Shown here: piece after piece, positions 38,624-46,977 of the stretch
Layout of the letters: each line of letters begins with the position of its first letter
Position numbering within the stretch: position 1 is the first letter of the stretch
Assembly (NCBI GenBank): GCA_963666055.2
Contig: CAXWPH010000002.1
Location: forward strand, 194,759-258,758
Reading direction: 5' to 3'
DNA from: Acidobacteriota bacterium
Lineage (GTDB): Bacteria > Acidobacteriota > UBA890 > WLXD01
DNA length: 64,000 nt
Notes under the pieces: model-generated
Database searches by the model: none
Told to the model about the DNA's origin: nothing
What the model saw: only the letters and a program-made list of their open reading frames with translations
Translations under genes and position numbers: made by a program

Positions 38624-40768
38624 ATGCATCGCCGCGCGCTCACGCTGTTGACCCTCATCCTCAGCCTGGGGGTGATCCTTGGTCCGACATCGAGTATGGC
38701 TCAGGAGGCGGCATCCGCAGAAGCGGAGCCTGGCCGTCTGGCTGCCGAAGACACCCTACGAATCAGCAATGTCGGCAACCCGCGCTTCTCGCCGGACGGT
38801 GAGTGGGTGCTATACACCGTGGCGGCGCGCGATATGGATGACGACGAGCTGTCGCGCTATACACACCTGTATCGCGTACGTGTGGATGGCACCGGCGGGC
38901 GGCAACTGACCCGGGGAGACAGCTCCGCCAGCTCGCCGCAGTGGTTTCCGTCGGGCGACAAGTTCGCCTTCCTTCGCGAGGTCGACGACGCCAGTCAGGT
39001 ATATGCCATGCACACCGATGGTGGTGAGGCCTGGCAGGTGACAGATTCCGAGGAAGGGGCGGGCACCTACGGGATCTCTCCGGACGGCGGCAAGATCTGG
39101 TTTGTGGCGCGTAACCCCGAGACCGCCGAGCAGAAGCGGCGCGCCGAGCAGCACGACGATGCCGTCGTCGTCGATGCCGAGTTCCGCTTCAGCCACCTCT
39201 GGGTGCACGATATGGAGGCGGGTGAGTCGACGCGGCTGACGGAGGGCGACTTTACGGTTAGCGACCCGCGTTGGTCGCCTGATTCCAGCCGTATCGCCTT
39301 CGTTACGCGGCCGACGACCAAGGTGAACGACGGCTGGAACAGCGACATCCGCGTCGCCGATGTTGCCTCGGGCGAGTCTCGTGTGCTGTTCGAGAACCCC
39401 GGCCCCGACAGCTCGCCGCGCTGGTCTCCGGACGGCGACAAGATCGCCTTCACGGCCAACACCCACACCGGAACAACGGTCTGGCACAGCAAGCTCTACC
39501 TGTTGCCGGCAGATGGCGGCGGCGAACCCGAGATCTTGCTCGAGGACTTCGACTTGAACGCCGGCCCGCCGATTTGGGCTCCCAACGGCGTCGATATCTA
39601 CTGGGCCACCGGTGAGCGTACCAACGTGGCGCTTTACTCGGTGCAGGTAGCTACCGACGAAGTTCTGCGGCACGGTGTGCCCTCGGGCGCCAACTTCCAG
39701 TTCCAGCTGTCGCCCGATGGCGGCCGCTGGGTATGGGTGCACTCCAACCCGACGCATCCATCGGAGCTCTACACCGCGCCGTCGAACGATCTGTCGCAGC
39801 TCACGCGTCTCACCACCCACAATGCCTGGCTGGCCGAGTCGTTCGAGCTCGCCGCCGCCCGCCCCATCACCTGGACCAACTCCGACGGTCAGGAGATCGA
39901 GGGCGTGGTGCACTTTCCGATCGGGTATCGGGAGGGGACGGCGTACCCGCTTATCGTCCACCCGCACGGTGGTCCCAGCGGCGCGGTGACGACGTCGTTC
40001 AACTCCACCAACCAGATGCTCGCCGCCAACGGCTTCCTGGTGTTCCAGCCCAACTTCCGCGGCAGCTCCAACTACGGCCAGGAGTTCCTCAACGCCAACC
40101 GTGACAACTGGGGCACACGCGACTACGACGACATCATGACCGGGGTCGACGACCTCATCGCGCGCGGCTGGGCCGATGCGGATCGGATGGTCGCCTACGG
40201 ATGGAGCTACGGTGGCTACATGACCTTCTGGATGTCCACCCAGACCGATCGATTCAAGCTGATCTCACCGGGTGCCGGGCTCACCAACTTGTACTCGATG
40301 TACAGCACGACCGACATTCCGGGATACATGGGGTGGTTCTTCGGCACGCCGTGGGACGACGAGGACGCGTACCGACGCCACTCGCCCATCCGCCACGTGA
40401 AAAACGTCACTGCCAAGATGTTGATCATGCACGGCGCCGACGATGCCCGCGTGCCCCCGGGGCAGGCGGTGGAGTTCTATCAGGCGCTGCGCGATTTGGG
40501 TAAGGACGTGACGTATGTGTCGTACCCACGTCAGGGCCACGGTATCGCCGAGCCGCGACTGCAGGTGGACCGCCTGCGCCGCTACGTGTGTGCGTTCACC
40601 GACGCGGTGAGTATCGAGGCCACAACCGAGGAGTGTGACGATGGCGTCCCGGCGATAGTGGCCGACGACGAGGAGGAGAGCGCAGAAACGGCGGCGGCGT
40701 CAGGTCGCGCTCCAAACGCCAGCGAGCTCGACACCGGCGTCTATCGGGTGATTCAGTTCCACCGCTAG
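38624..40768 (+). CDS. S9-family serine peptidase (acylaminoacyl-peptidase / DPP-like) with an N-terminal beta-propeller
   Basis: Signal peptide. Repeated SP(D/R)GxxI(A)F propeller motifs. Nucleophile elbow GWSYGGYM, HGADDARVP, and QGHG catalytic His. Confidence 0.9.
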   Translation: MHRRALTLLTLILSLGVILGPTSSMAQEAASAEAEPGRLAAEDTLRISNVGNPRFSPDGEWVLYTVAARDMDDDELSRYTHLYRVRVDGTGGRQLTRGDSSASSPQWFPSGDKFAFLREVDDASQVYAMHTDGGEAWQVTDSEEGAGTYGISPDGGKIWFVARNPETAEQKRRAEQHDDAVVVDAEFRFSHLWVHDMEAGESTRLTEGDFTVSDPRWSPDSSRIAFVTRPTTKVNDGWNSDIRVADVASGESRVLFENPGPDSSPRWSPDGDKIAFTANTHTGTTVWHSKLYLLPADGGGEPEILLEDFDLNAGPPIWAPNGVDIYWATGERTNVALYSVQVATDEVLRHGVPSGANFQFQLSPDGGRWVWVHSNPTHPSELYTAPSNDLSQLTRLTTHNAWLAESFELAAARPITWTNSDGQEIEGVVHFPIGYREGTAYPLIVHPHGGPSGAVTTSFNSTNQMLAANGFLVFQPNFRGSSNYGQEFLNANRDNWGTRDYDDIMTGVDDLIARGWADADRMVAYGWSYGGYMTFWMSTQTDRFKLISPGAGLTNLYSMYSTTDIPGYMGWFFGTPWDDEDAYRRHSPIRHVKNVTAKMLIMHGADDARVPPGQAVEFYQALRDLGKDVTYVSYPRQGHGIAEPRLQVDRLRRYVCAFTDAVSIEATTEECDDGVPAIVADDEEESAETAAASGRAPNASELDTGVYRVIQFHR

Positions 40769-41043
40769 CAGGCCGTGGTGAAAGTGTGGTGGGTCTGGCG
40801 ACAGGGACTTGCGAAGTGGAGGCAAGGAGAGAGGAGAAGGCGATGGATACCCCATCGTTGACGAGGAACGACGCAGCATACGCGCGCAACCCCCTGTCGC
40901 CCGAAGGGTTACGGCGATTTGGGGCCATTTGCAGCGTTGGCCTTCCTGGACGATGGCTAGGGCATCGCCTGTGTCAGGCCGCCTTGCATCTGGCCCCAAC
41001 TCGCCGTAACCAGTCCCACCACACTTTCACCACGGCCTGCTAG
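40765..41043. mobile_element. MITE-like non-autonomous element with perfect 29-bp terminal inverted repeats ending in CTAG
   Basis: Left end is CTAGCAGGCCGTGGTGAAAGTGTGGTGGG (40765..40793). Right end is its exact reverse complement, CCCACCACACTTTCACCACGGCCTGCTAG (41015..41043). About 221 bp of internal sequence with no credible ORF. The left CTAG supplies the S9 peptidase stop codon. Confidence 0.5.
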
Positions 41044-41384
41044 GGCGCCATTCGCCGGACAGCTCGCCACCAGGGTCGGCTCTAGGGCCGACTCCGCAGT
41101 AGCTCACCCGGGCGACCTTCGTAAACCAGTCGCAGAAGCCAGCGGCCTTGCCGCTGAACTCACCGGAGATCCATACGTCTTTTGACGACGAGGGGTCGGA
41201 GATCACGCCAACGTAGTCTCCCGTGCGCTCGAATCCCCCTGCGCCTTTGTCGATCGTGCACGTACTGGAAGGCGGCGATGACGTCTCCACTTGGGGTAAC
41301 CGCGATTCCCGGCACCCAAACGTAGTGGCCCTTGACTCCGAACAGGTCTTCGAAACCTACCGTAGCGCCGTCGGCGGTCGGCAA
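41044..41384 (-). pseudogene. truncated, frameshifted C-terminal remnant of an unknown protein
   Basis: Two overlapping minus-strand ORFs in different frames, both with protein-like text: ...ADGATVGFEDLFGVKGHYVWVPGIAVTPSGDVIAAFQYV and ...IDKGAGGFERTGDYVGVISDPSSSKDVWISGEFSGKAAGFCDWFTKVARVSY. There is no N-terminal region. It abuts the MITE end. Confidence 0.3.
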
Positions 41385-41489
41385 CCCGCTTCATGCCGAC
41401 GTCGACGCAATAGTGCATTTGCAATCTACCCAATGCGAAATAGATTGCGCGACAGTGATCGATAATGCGTTTCACTATCCGGAGATGAC

Positions 41490-41519
41490 TTGACAACGTC
41501 CTTCGATTTGTCGTACAAT
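41490..41519 (+). promoter_or_regulatory. near-consensus sigma-70 promoter
   Basis: TTGACA (41490..41495), an 18-nt spacer, then TACAAT (41514..41519), within a locally AT-rich stretch. The palindrome ACAATCT-TT-AGATTGT (41515..41530) overlaps the -10 box and the predicted transcription start. Confidence 0.5.
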
Positions 41520-41525
41520 CTTTAG

Positions 41526-41573
41526 ATTGTTGCTTGAAGCAGCCCGTCCGGGCAGTCGCCGGGACGGGTTTTT
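41526..41573 (+). ncRNA. candidate small RNA (about 50 nt) between the orphan promoter and the intrinsic terminator
   Basis: The predicted transcript AGAUUGUUGCUUGAAGCAG plus the terminator hairpin. No ORF, and no downstream same-strand gene. Confidence 0.3.
41543..41573 (+). terminator. Rho-independent terminator
   Basis: CCCGTCCGG-GCAGTCG-CCGGGACGGG (9 bp stem with one bulge) followed by TTTTT. The T-run exists only on the plus strand. Confidence 0.6.
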
Positions 41574-41676
41574 CGTGTTTATGGACTCAGGCTGGCAGGG
41601 ATGAGGCTGAGCCCGCAGGCGTCCCGGTAAGTCGAGCGCGCCTGCCCCGGCGCGGCCCGTGTCGGTCGGCCGATCG

Positions 41677-43506
41677 CTAGTTCGCAGCGAGGACGCGGTC
41701 CACTTCGACAGCTACCGCCGCAGCCAGTTCGCCGCACTCGCTGAGGGCGGATTCGATCTCGCCCCGCATCTCGGCGCCGAAGTCGGCATCGTCGATGTGC
41801 CGCAGGTTGATGCGCACGTTGTAGGCTGCCGCCTGCGCCCCTGCGTGTGCCAGCAGCGCGCCAGTGCCGGCGTCGCTGATCATCTCGGGGTCGGCCATGG
41901 TGGCGATCTCGCGGCACAGGCGAAGCGCGTCGCGACACTGTTGCACGGTGGCCAGCGGCACGCGGGTGGCGGCCTTGTAACCCTCCTGCATGGCCTCGGC
42001 GCGCTCGGCCTGTTGGGCCCCTGTGTCGCGCGGCATACGCATGGCCTCGAGCACCTTCTCGAAGGCGCTGGTGTCGGCGTCGACGCCACGCAGCAGGGCG
42101 TCCTTGACGGCCTGGCCGCGCTCGGCGATTGAGCAGAGCCGGTCGTACCGATCGCTGAACTCGCCCTTGCCGACGCTGAGGTTGGCCACCATCGCAGCGA
42201 GGCCGCCGCCCAACGCCCCCGCCAATGCAGCGACCGAGCCGCCGCCCGGCGCCGGCGTGTCGCGCGACACCTCGTCGACGAAGTCGAAGGTGGTGCGGTT
42301 CACCAGCGGGCCGTCCGTCAGAGGCATTGCCAACACCTTCTCGTCGGCCTCGAACGGCGCCACGTCGCGCAGCCCCATCGACTGGATCGCCGTCTCCATC
42401 AGGTCGGGTACCGGCGCGCCGGTCGATTTGCGCATGCGACGCAGGTAGAACAGCGCCGCCTCGCGCATCACCGCGTAGGGCACCACGCCGACGATCTCGG
42501 AGCCGGTAATGGCGATGCCGCGCTCCCGTGCCGCCTCGCGCGTCGCCTCGAGCACGTCGTGCAGCGCCGCCTCCTTGGTGTTGGTGAGATTCATGCTTAC
42601 CTGGGCGCGCTTGAACTCGTCGATCACCCAGCCGATTGCCTTGACGTGGGTGAACTGCCCGTCGGTGTACACCGGGCCAGTGGGGTTGTCGGGGTCGATC
42701 CCCAGGTCTTCGTAGCGCTGGCGCAGATCACCGCCGTGCTCGTCGCGATAGTGCGTCTCAAGCTCCTCGAACGAGGCGCCGACGAAGTCGCAGGGTCCGC
42801 ACGGGTAGGTGCCGTCGCCGCGGAACTTCACTACCGTGCCCTTGTAGTAGAAGGGCTCGATGTTGCCGGTGCGTTTCCAGCGTCCGCGCTCGCGCACCGT
42901 GTAGGCGATCTCGTTGGCGTAGCGTCGATCGGTGGTGTTCAAATCGACGTTGTAGGCGACCAGAAACTCGCGTGCGCCGACCGCGGTGGCTCCGGCGCCA
43001 GCGTTGAATTCGGTGGGTCCGAAGTCGGGCGTCCACTCCGGGTCGGCCAGCTTGTCTTCAAGTCCCTCGTACTCTCCCGCTCGCACCCGCGACAGGTTGC
43101 GCCGCTCCGGTCGGCTGGCGGCGTTCTCATACAGGTACACGGAAATACCGAGCTCCGTGCCTATGCGTGCGCCGACCTGCCGGGCGATCTCGGCGCAGTC
43201 CTCCATGCTGACGCCGGAAACGGGTACGAACGGCAGCACATCGGTGGCGCCGAATCGCGGATGGGCGCCCGAGTGTTGCCGCATGTCGATCAGCTCGGCG
43301 GCCCGCTGTACCGCCTGGAACGCGGCTTCGGCCACAGCCTCGGGTGCGCCGGTGAACGTGACCACGGTGCGGTTGGTGTCGGCCCCGGGATCGACATCGA
43401 TCAGGCGCACGCCGGCAACGCCCTCGATGGCGGCGGTGATCTCGCGGATCACGCCCTTATCCCGGCCTTCCGAGAAGTTGGGAACACATTCGACGATGCG
43501 GTCCAT
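41677..43506 (-). CDS. ftcD: bifunctional glutamate formimidoyltransferase / formimidoyltetrahydrofolate cyclodeaminase (FTCD-like)
   Basis: N-terminus MDRIVECVPNFSEGRDKGVIREI...VDPGADTNRTVVTFTG (formiminotransferase). C-terminal cyclodeaminase motif SRDTPAPGGGSVAALAGALGGGLAAMVANLSVGK. Confidence 0.9.
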   Translation of the reverse strand: MDRIVECVPNFSEGRDKGVIREITAAIEGVAGVRLIDVDPGADTNRTVVTFTGAPEAVAEAAFQAVQRAAELIDMRQHSGAHPRFGATDVLPFVPVSGVSMEDCAEIARQVGARIGTELGISVYLYENAASRPERRNLSRVRAGEYEGLEDKLADPEWTPDFGPTEFNAGAGATAVGAREFLVAYNVDLNTTDRRYANEIAYTVRERGRWKRTGNIEPFYYKGTVVKFRGDGTYPCGPCDFVGASFEELETHYRDEHGGDLRQRYEDLGIDPDNPTGPVYTDGQFTHVKAIGWVIDEFKRAQVSMNLTNTKEAALHDVLEATREAARERGIAITGSEIVGVVPYAVMREAALFYLRRMRKSTGAPVPDLMETAIQSMGLRDVAPFEADEKVLAMPLTDGPLVNRTTFDFVDEVSRDTPAPGGGSVAALAGALGGGLAAMVANLSVGKGEFSDRYDRLCSIAERGQAVKDALLRGVDADTSAFEKVLEAMRMPRDTGAQQAERAEAMQEGYKAATRVPLATVQQCRDALRLCREIATMADPEMISDAGTGALLAHAGAQAAAYNVRINLRHIDDADFGAEMRGEIESALSECGELAAAVAVEVDRVLAAN

Positions 43507-43814
43507 ACGAAGCCTCGAGTTTCAAGGCGCTGGTTGGCGTCTTGGTTGACTCATGATGCCCATGGAGTCTCGAAGTCACAAACTCCGCGACGAATGCCGT
43601 GGCTGCAGCAACGGTGTCGATCGGAGTGCGGCTTCGAGCGCTGCCTAACTTCCGGGAGTCTGAGGCAGCGAGAACTCCAGGCTCGGCCTCATTTGCCTTG
43701 TTTCCCGGCGGCTGCATATGAAACTGGCGAAACGGCCTGATCGGCTCGATGGTCGCTTTCTCCGATGCCAAGGGGTAGGTGACGACCCTTGCGCGGTAGT
43801 CTACGCGGCGTGTA

Positions 43815-43833
43815 TATAGGGTATAACCCTATA
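43815..43833. promoter_or_regulatory. inverted repeat, probable PadR operator
   Basis: TATAGGG-TATAA-CCCTATA in an AT-rich patch 30 nt upstream of the PadR start. A related half-site, CTATATATGGG, follows. Confidence 0.4.
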
Positions 43834-43863
43834 GTGTTCCACTCTATATATGGGATTTTCCTC

Positions 43864-44220
43864 GTGCGTCAGCCTGTGGATGAGCTGCTTCCCCTCACCC
43901 ATGTCGTGTATCACGTCCTCCTGTCGCTCGCTCCGGAGCCCCGACACGGGTACGGCATCATCAAGAACGTCAGCGAATGCACCGGCGGGCGCCTCGAGCT
44001 CGAGGCGGGAACGCTGTACGCGGCGATTCGGCGGCTGCGTAACGATGGACTGATCGAGGAAACTCCCGCCCCGGCCGACACAGATGCGCGGCGCCGCTAC
44101 TATGACCTGACCGGCCTGGGTCGCGTGGTGCTACGCGCCGAGTCGGAGCGTTTGGCGGAGCTGGTCGAGCTGGCACGCGCCGCACGAGTGCTCACGGTTC
44201 CGTCGGGGGGCGAGAACTGA
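43864..44220 (+). CDS. PadR-family transcriptional regulator
   Basis: THVVYHVLLSLAPEPRHGYGIIKNVSECTGGRLELEAGTLYAAIRRLRNDGLIEE...RRRYYDLTGLG. GTG 43864 preferred; the ORF-track start 43789 would cover the operator. Confidence 0.85.
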   Translation: MRQPVDELLPLTHVVYHVLLSLAPEPRHGYGIIKNVSECTGGRLELEAGTLYAAIRRLRNDGLIEETPAPADTDARRRYYDLTGLGRVVLRAESERLAELVELARAARVLTVPSGGEN

Positions 44221-44221
44221 C

Positions 44222-45946
44222 GTGTGCCGAGGTGCCTACCGTCGCCTGCTGGGATTGCTACCTGCCGATTTCCGCCGGCAGTATCGCGACGAGATGTGTA
44301 GCGTCGTGGAGGAGCATTGGCGGGTCGTCCGACGGCAGGTCGGGATGCTCGGTGCGCTGCGTTTCTGGGCTCGACAAGCGTTCGCGGTGGTGGTTGCGGC
44401 GATCGAGTCGCGGCGTCGCCGCCCGCCCGCAATGGCCTACGAAGCGAGCCTCTTGCGTCTCGCGACGGTTCAAACCGGTGATGGTGGGGGCTCGATGGAC
44501 GGCTTGGTGCAGGACTTGCGATATGCGATGCGCACGCTGCTGAAGCGGCCGGGCTTCGCGCTGGTCACAGCGGCGACCCTGGGCCTGGGAATCGGCGCCT
44601 CGACGACGATCTTCAGCGCGGTGCACGCGGTCCTGTTCCGAGCCCTGCCCTACGGCGACGTCGACCGCCTTGTCGCCGTCTACCACGAGGACATCCAGAC
44701 CGGCGAGCGCGGCAGCGGGCTGTCGGCGGCCAACGCGCGCGACCTCATGGAGCACGCCGACTCCCTGACTGCCGTCGCCGTGGCCGACCCCTACTCCCTC
44801 GATCTGGAGGTGGAGGGCCGGGCGATGAGCCTGCGCACATGGTCGGTCTCCGAAGGCTTCTTCGAGATCGCCACGGTGACCCCCTACCTTGGCCGGACTT
44901 TTGCCGCCAACGAGTACGTTGGCGATAGCGAACCCGTGGTCTTGGTGGGCTACCGTAGCTGGCTGAATCGCTTCGGCGCCGATCGTGAGTTGGTCGGGCG
45001 AACCCTGAGGCTCGACGGCCGGCCGGTGACCGTGGTCGGCGTGTTGCCGCCGGAATTCAAGCTGCCCGACGAAGCGGAGCTGTGGATGCCGCGTGCCGCG
45101 CAGTCGCACGATGAGGCCAATCGGGCCGCCGACTACATGATGGGGATTGCCCGCCTGGCGCCAGGGAGTACGCGGGCGCAGGCCGGGGCGGAGGTCGAAC
45201 GTATCGCGGCCTCGTTGTCCGAGGCCTACCCGCGCACCAACACGACAACGACGTTCCGGCTGGTGCCATTGCGCGAGGTCCTTTTTGGCGACATCCGTGC
45301 GCCGCTGCTCGTGCTCAGCGGGGCGGTCGGGTTCGTGCTGCTGATTACCTGCGCCAACGTCGCCGGTCTGATGCTGGCGCGCGGCACCGATCGTCGCCGC
45401 GAGTACGCGTTGCGTGGCGATCTCGGTGCCAGTACCGGCCGCCTGGTACGGCACATCACGATCGATAGCCTCTTCCTGGCGACCATTGGCTGCGCGCTGG
45501 GGATCGGTCTTGCCTACGCCGGTATCCAGGTGATTCGCAGCCTCGGACCAGATCATCTACCGCGCATCGACGAGATAGGTGTCGACGGGACAGTCCTCGC
45601 CTTCGCTGTGGCGGTAGCGGGTCTCAGCGCGCTCCTCTCCGGGTTGGCGCCGTCGCTGCGGTTTTCCCGCCCGGACCTCCGCGGCACCCTTACCGACGGT
45701 TCACGTGGCGCGACCCCAGGGCGCGCTGCGCTCGCACTCCGCAACGCGATCGTCGTGGCCGAGGTGGGGGCGGCGATGGTGCTGCTGGTCGGCGCCGGCT
45801 TGCTGTCGAAGAGCTTCGTCACGCTGCTCGACGAAGACCTTGGCTTCAACCCGACCAACCGGCTGGCGCTGCAGGTCTTTGCCTATGGCTACGGGGAAGA
45901 CAATGGTCAAACGCGGGCGCAGTTCGTCAACCACGCCATCGACTAA
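44222..45946 (+). CDS. ADOP-type duplicated FtsX/MacB-like permease, N-terminal part (ends at an in-frame TAA)
   Basis: LLKRPGFALVTAATLGLGIGASTTIF (TM1), a MacB-like periplasmic domain, and an FtsX bundle (LITCANVAGLMLARG...). It then enters a second periplasmic domain and stops at TAA 45944..45946. Confidence 0.8.
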   Translation: MCRGAYRRLLGLLPADFRRQYRDEMCSVVEEHWRVVRRQVGMLGALRFWARQAFAVVVAAIESRRRRPPAMAYEASLLRLATVQTGDGGGSMDGLVQDLRYAMRTLLKRPGFALVTAATLGLGIGASTTIFSAVHAVLFRALPYGDVDRLVAVYHEDIQTGERGSGLSAANARDLMEHADSLTAVAVADPYSLDLEVEGRAMSLRTWSVSEGFFEIATVTPYLGRTFAANEYVGDSEPVVLVGYRSWLNRFGADRELVGRTLRLDGRPVTVVGVLPPEFKLPDEAELWMPRAAQSHDEANRAADYMMGIARLAPGSTRAQAGAEVERIAASLSEAYPRTNTTTTFRLVPLREVLFGDIRAPLLVLSGAVGFVLLITCANVAGLMLARGTDRRREYALRGDLGASTGRLVRHITIDSLFLATIGCALGIGLAYAGIQVIRSLGPDHLPRIDEIGVDGTVLAFAVAVAGLSALLSGLAPSLRFSRPDLRGTLTDGSRGATPGRAALALRNAIVVAEVGAAMVLLVGAGLLSKSFVTLLDEDLGFNPTNRLALQVFAYGYGEDNGQTRAQFVNHAID

Positions 45947-46924
45947 ATGGAAGCGATCCCGGGCGTCCGCCGCGTTGCGCTCACCAGTAGTGTGCCCGGC
46001 GCCACCGACGGCACGGTGGCCTCGATCGAAATCGACCTGTCGTTCACGATCGAGAATCACGCCGCGCCTCCCGAAGGCCACGAACCCGAGGCGAGGGTGT
46101 CGATGGTGTCGGAACGCTACTTCGAGGTAATGGAAATCGCGGTGCTCAGCGGCCGCGGCTTCACGAGCAGTGACGATGGCCGGGCGCCGCCGGTGATCGC
46201 CGTCAATGAAGCGTTTGGTCGACGCTACTTTCCCGACAGCGATCCGGTCGGCGAGAAGCTGGCAATCGGCTTCGGTCAGCGAGCGGCGCGGGAGATCGTC
46301 GGCATCGTGGCGGATGTGAGGCCGAGCGGCTACGAGTCCGAGCCGACGCCGGAAGTGTACTTCCCGCTGCGCCAGCAAGGGACCGGCTCGCTGACATTCA
46401 TCATACAGACAGATATCGATGCGGCTCAGGTCACCAGCGCAGCCAACGCGGCGGTTTGGCGCGCCAACCCGTCGCAGGCAATCTGGGGAGCCGTCACGCT
46501 CGAGACGCTACTTTCCGATTGGCTCAAGGAGCGCAGCTTCAACCTCTTGTTGCTGGGGTCGTTCGCTCTCATTGCGCTGGCGCTTGCCGGCATCGGAATC
46601 TACGGGCTCATCAGCTTCTCGATCGAACAACGGGTCGGCGAGATGGGGATTCGCAGGGCCTTGGGGGGCCAGCACCGCGCCATCGTCGGCATGGTGCTGC
46701 GCGAGGCGGTCAGCCTGGCGGCACTCGGCGTCGTGCTCGGCGGGATCGGCGCCGTGCTGTTGACGCGTTTCATCCAGGGGATGCTCTTCGGTGTCGAGCC
46801 AACCGACCCGTCAACGTTCGTGATTCTCGCGGCGACGGCACTTGGCGTCTCAGCACTGGCGGCCACCCTGCCAGCCATCAGAGCGATGCGCATCGACCCG
46901 ATCGTCGCTCTTCGCAACCAGTGA
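45947..46924 (+). CDS. ADOP-type permease, C-terminal part (same frame, begins at the ATG immediately after the TAA)
   Basis: MEAIPGVRRVALTSSVPG... continues the second periplasmic domain. Second FtsX bundle (LLLLGSFALIALALAGIGIYG, RRALGGQHRAIVGMVL, C-terminal PAIRAMRIDPIVALRNQ). Confidence 0.8.
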   Translation: MEAIPGVRRVALTSSVPGATDGTVASIEIDLSFTIENHAAPPEGHEPEARVSMVSERYFEVMEIAVLSGRGFTSSDDGRAPPVIAVNEAFGRRYFPDSDPVGEKLAIGFGQRAAREIVGIVADVRPSGYESEPTPEVYFPLRQQGTGSLTFIIQTDIDAAQVTSAANAAVWRANPSQAIWGAVTLETLLSDWLKERSFNLLLLGSFALIALALAGIGIYGLISFSIEQRVGEMGIRRALGGQHRAIVGMVLREAVSLAALGVVLGGIGAVLLTRFIQGMLFGVEPTDPSTFVILAATALGVSALAATLPAIRAMRIDPIVALRNQ

Positions 46925-46977
46925 GGTGGTGCGGCGGAGGATCGATTGGGTCTGGCCCGCCACACTCCCACCACTAG
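46925..46977. repeat. degenerate paired copy of the CTAG-anchored repeat between convergent genes
   Basis: GGTGGTGCGGCGG...GGGTCTGGC followed by CCGCCACACTCCCACCACTAG. The CTAG (46974..46977) supplies the GST stop codon on the minus strand. Confidence 0.4.

Noticed and set aside
38810-39967. 385-aa minus-strand ORF
   Set aside because: It is antisense to the S9 peptidase propeller region, with Arg/Gly/Val-rich low-information sequence.
40786-41043. 85-aa ORF inside the MITE-like element
   Set aside because: Its start and stop are created by the terminal repeats (it ends ..HHTFTTAC*, the same artefactual ending the repeat creates at 55907 and 57328). It lacks a GC3 bias.
41203-41496. 97-aa minus-strand ORF crossing the AT-rich module
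   Set aside because: It runs from the AT-rich regulatory patch into a different frame of the gene remnant. Its codon usage is mixed and Arg-rich, with no homolog-like features.
43715-43760. ACTGGCGAAACGG, resembling the start of a ZTP (pfl) riboswitch near a folate gene
   Set aside because: It is on the strand opposite to ftcD, and the conserved CGGGGAGC and CCGCCTGGGC elements are missing.
43457-43771. 104-aa minus-strand ORF upstream of and overlapping the ftcD start
   Set aside because: It has low GC3 compared with all confident genes, overlaps the ftcD start in another frame, and has no motif. I treat it as non-coding leader.
44258-45556. 432-aa minus-strand ORF
   Set aside because: It is antisense to the ADOP permease N-terminal half and has no TM or domain signature.
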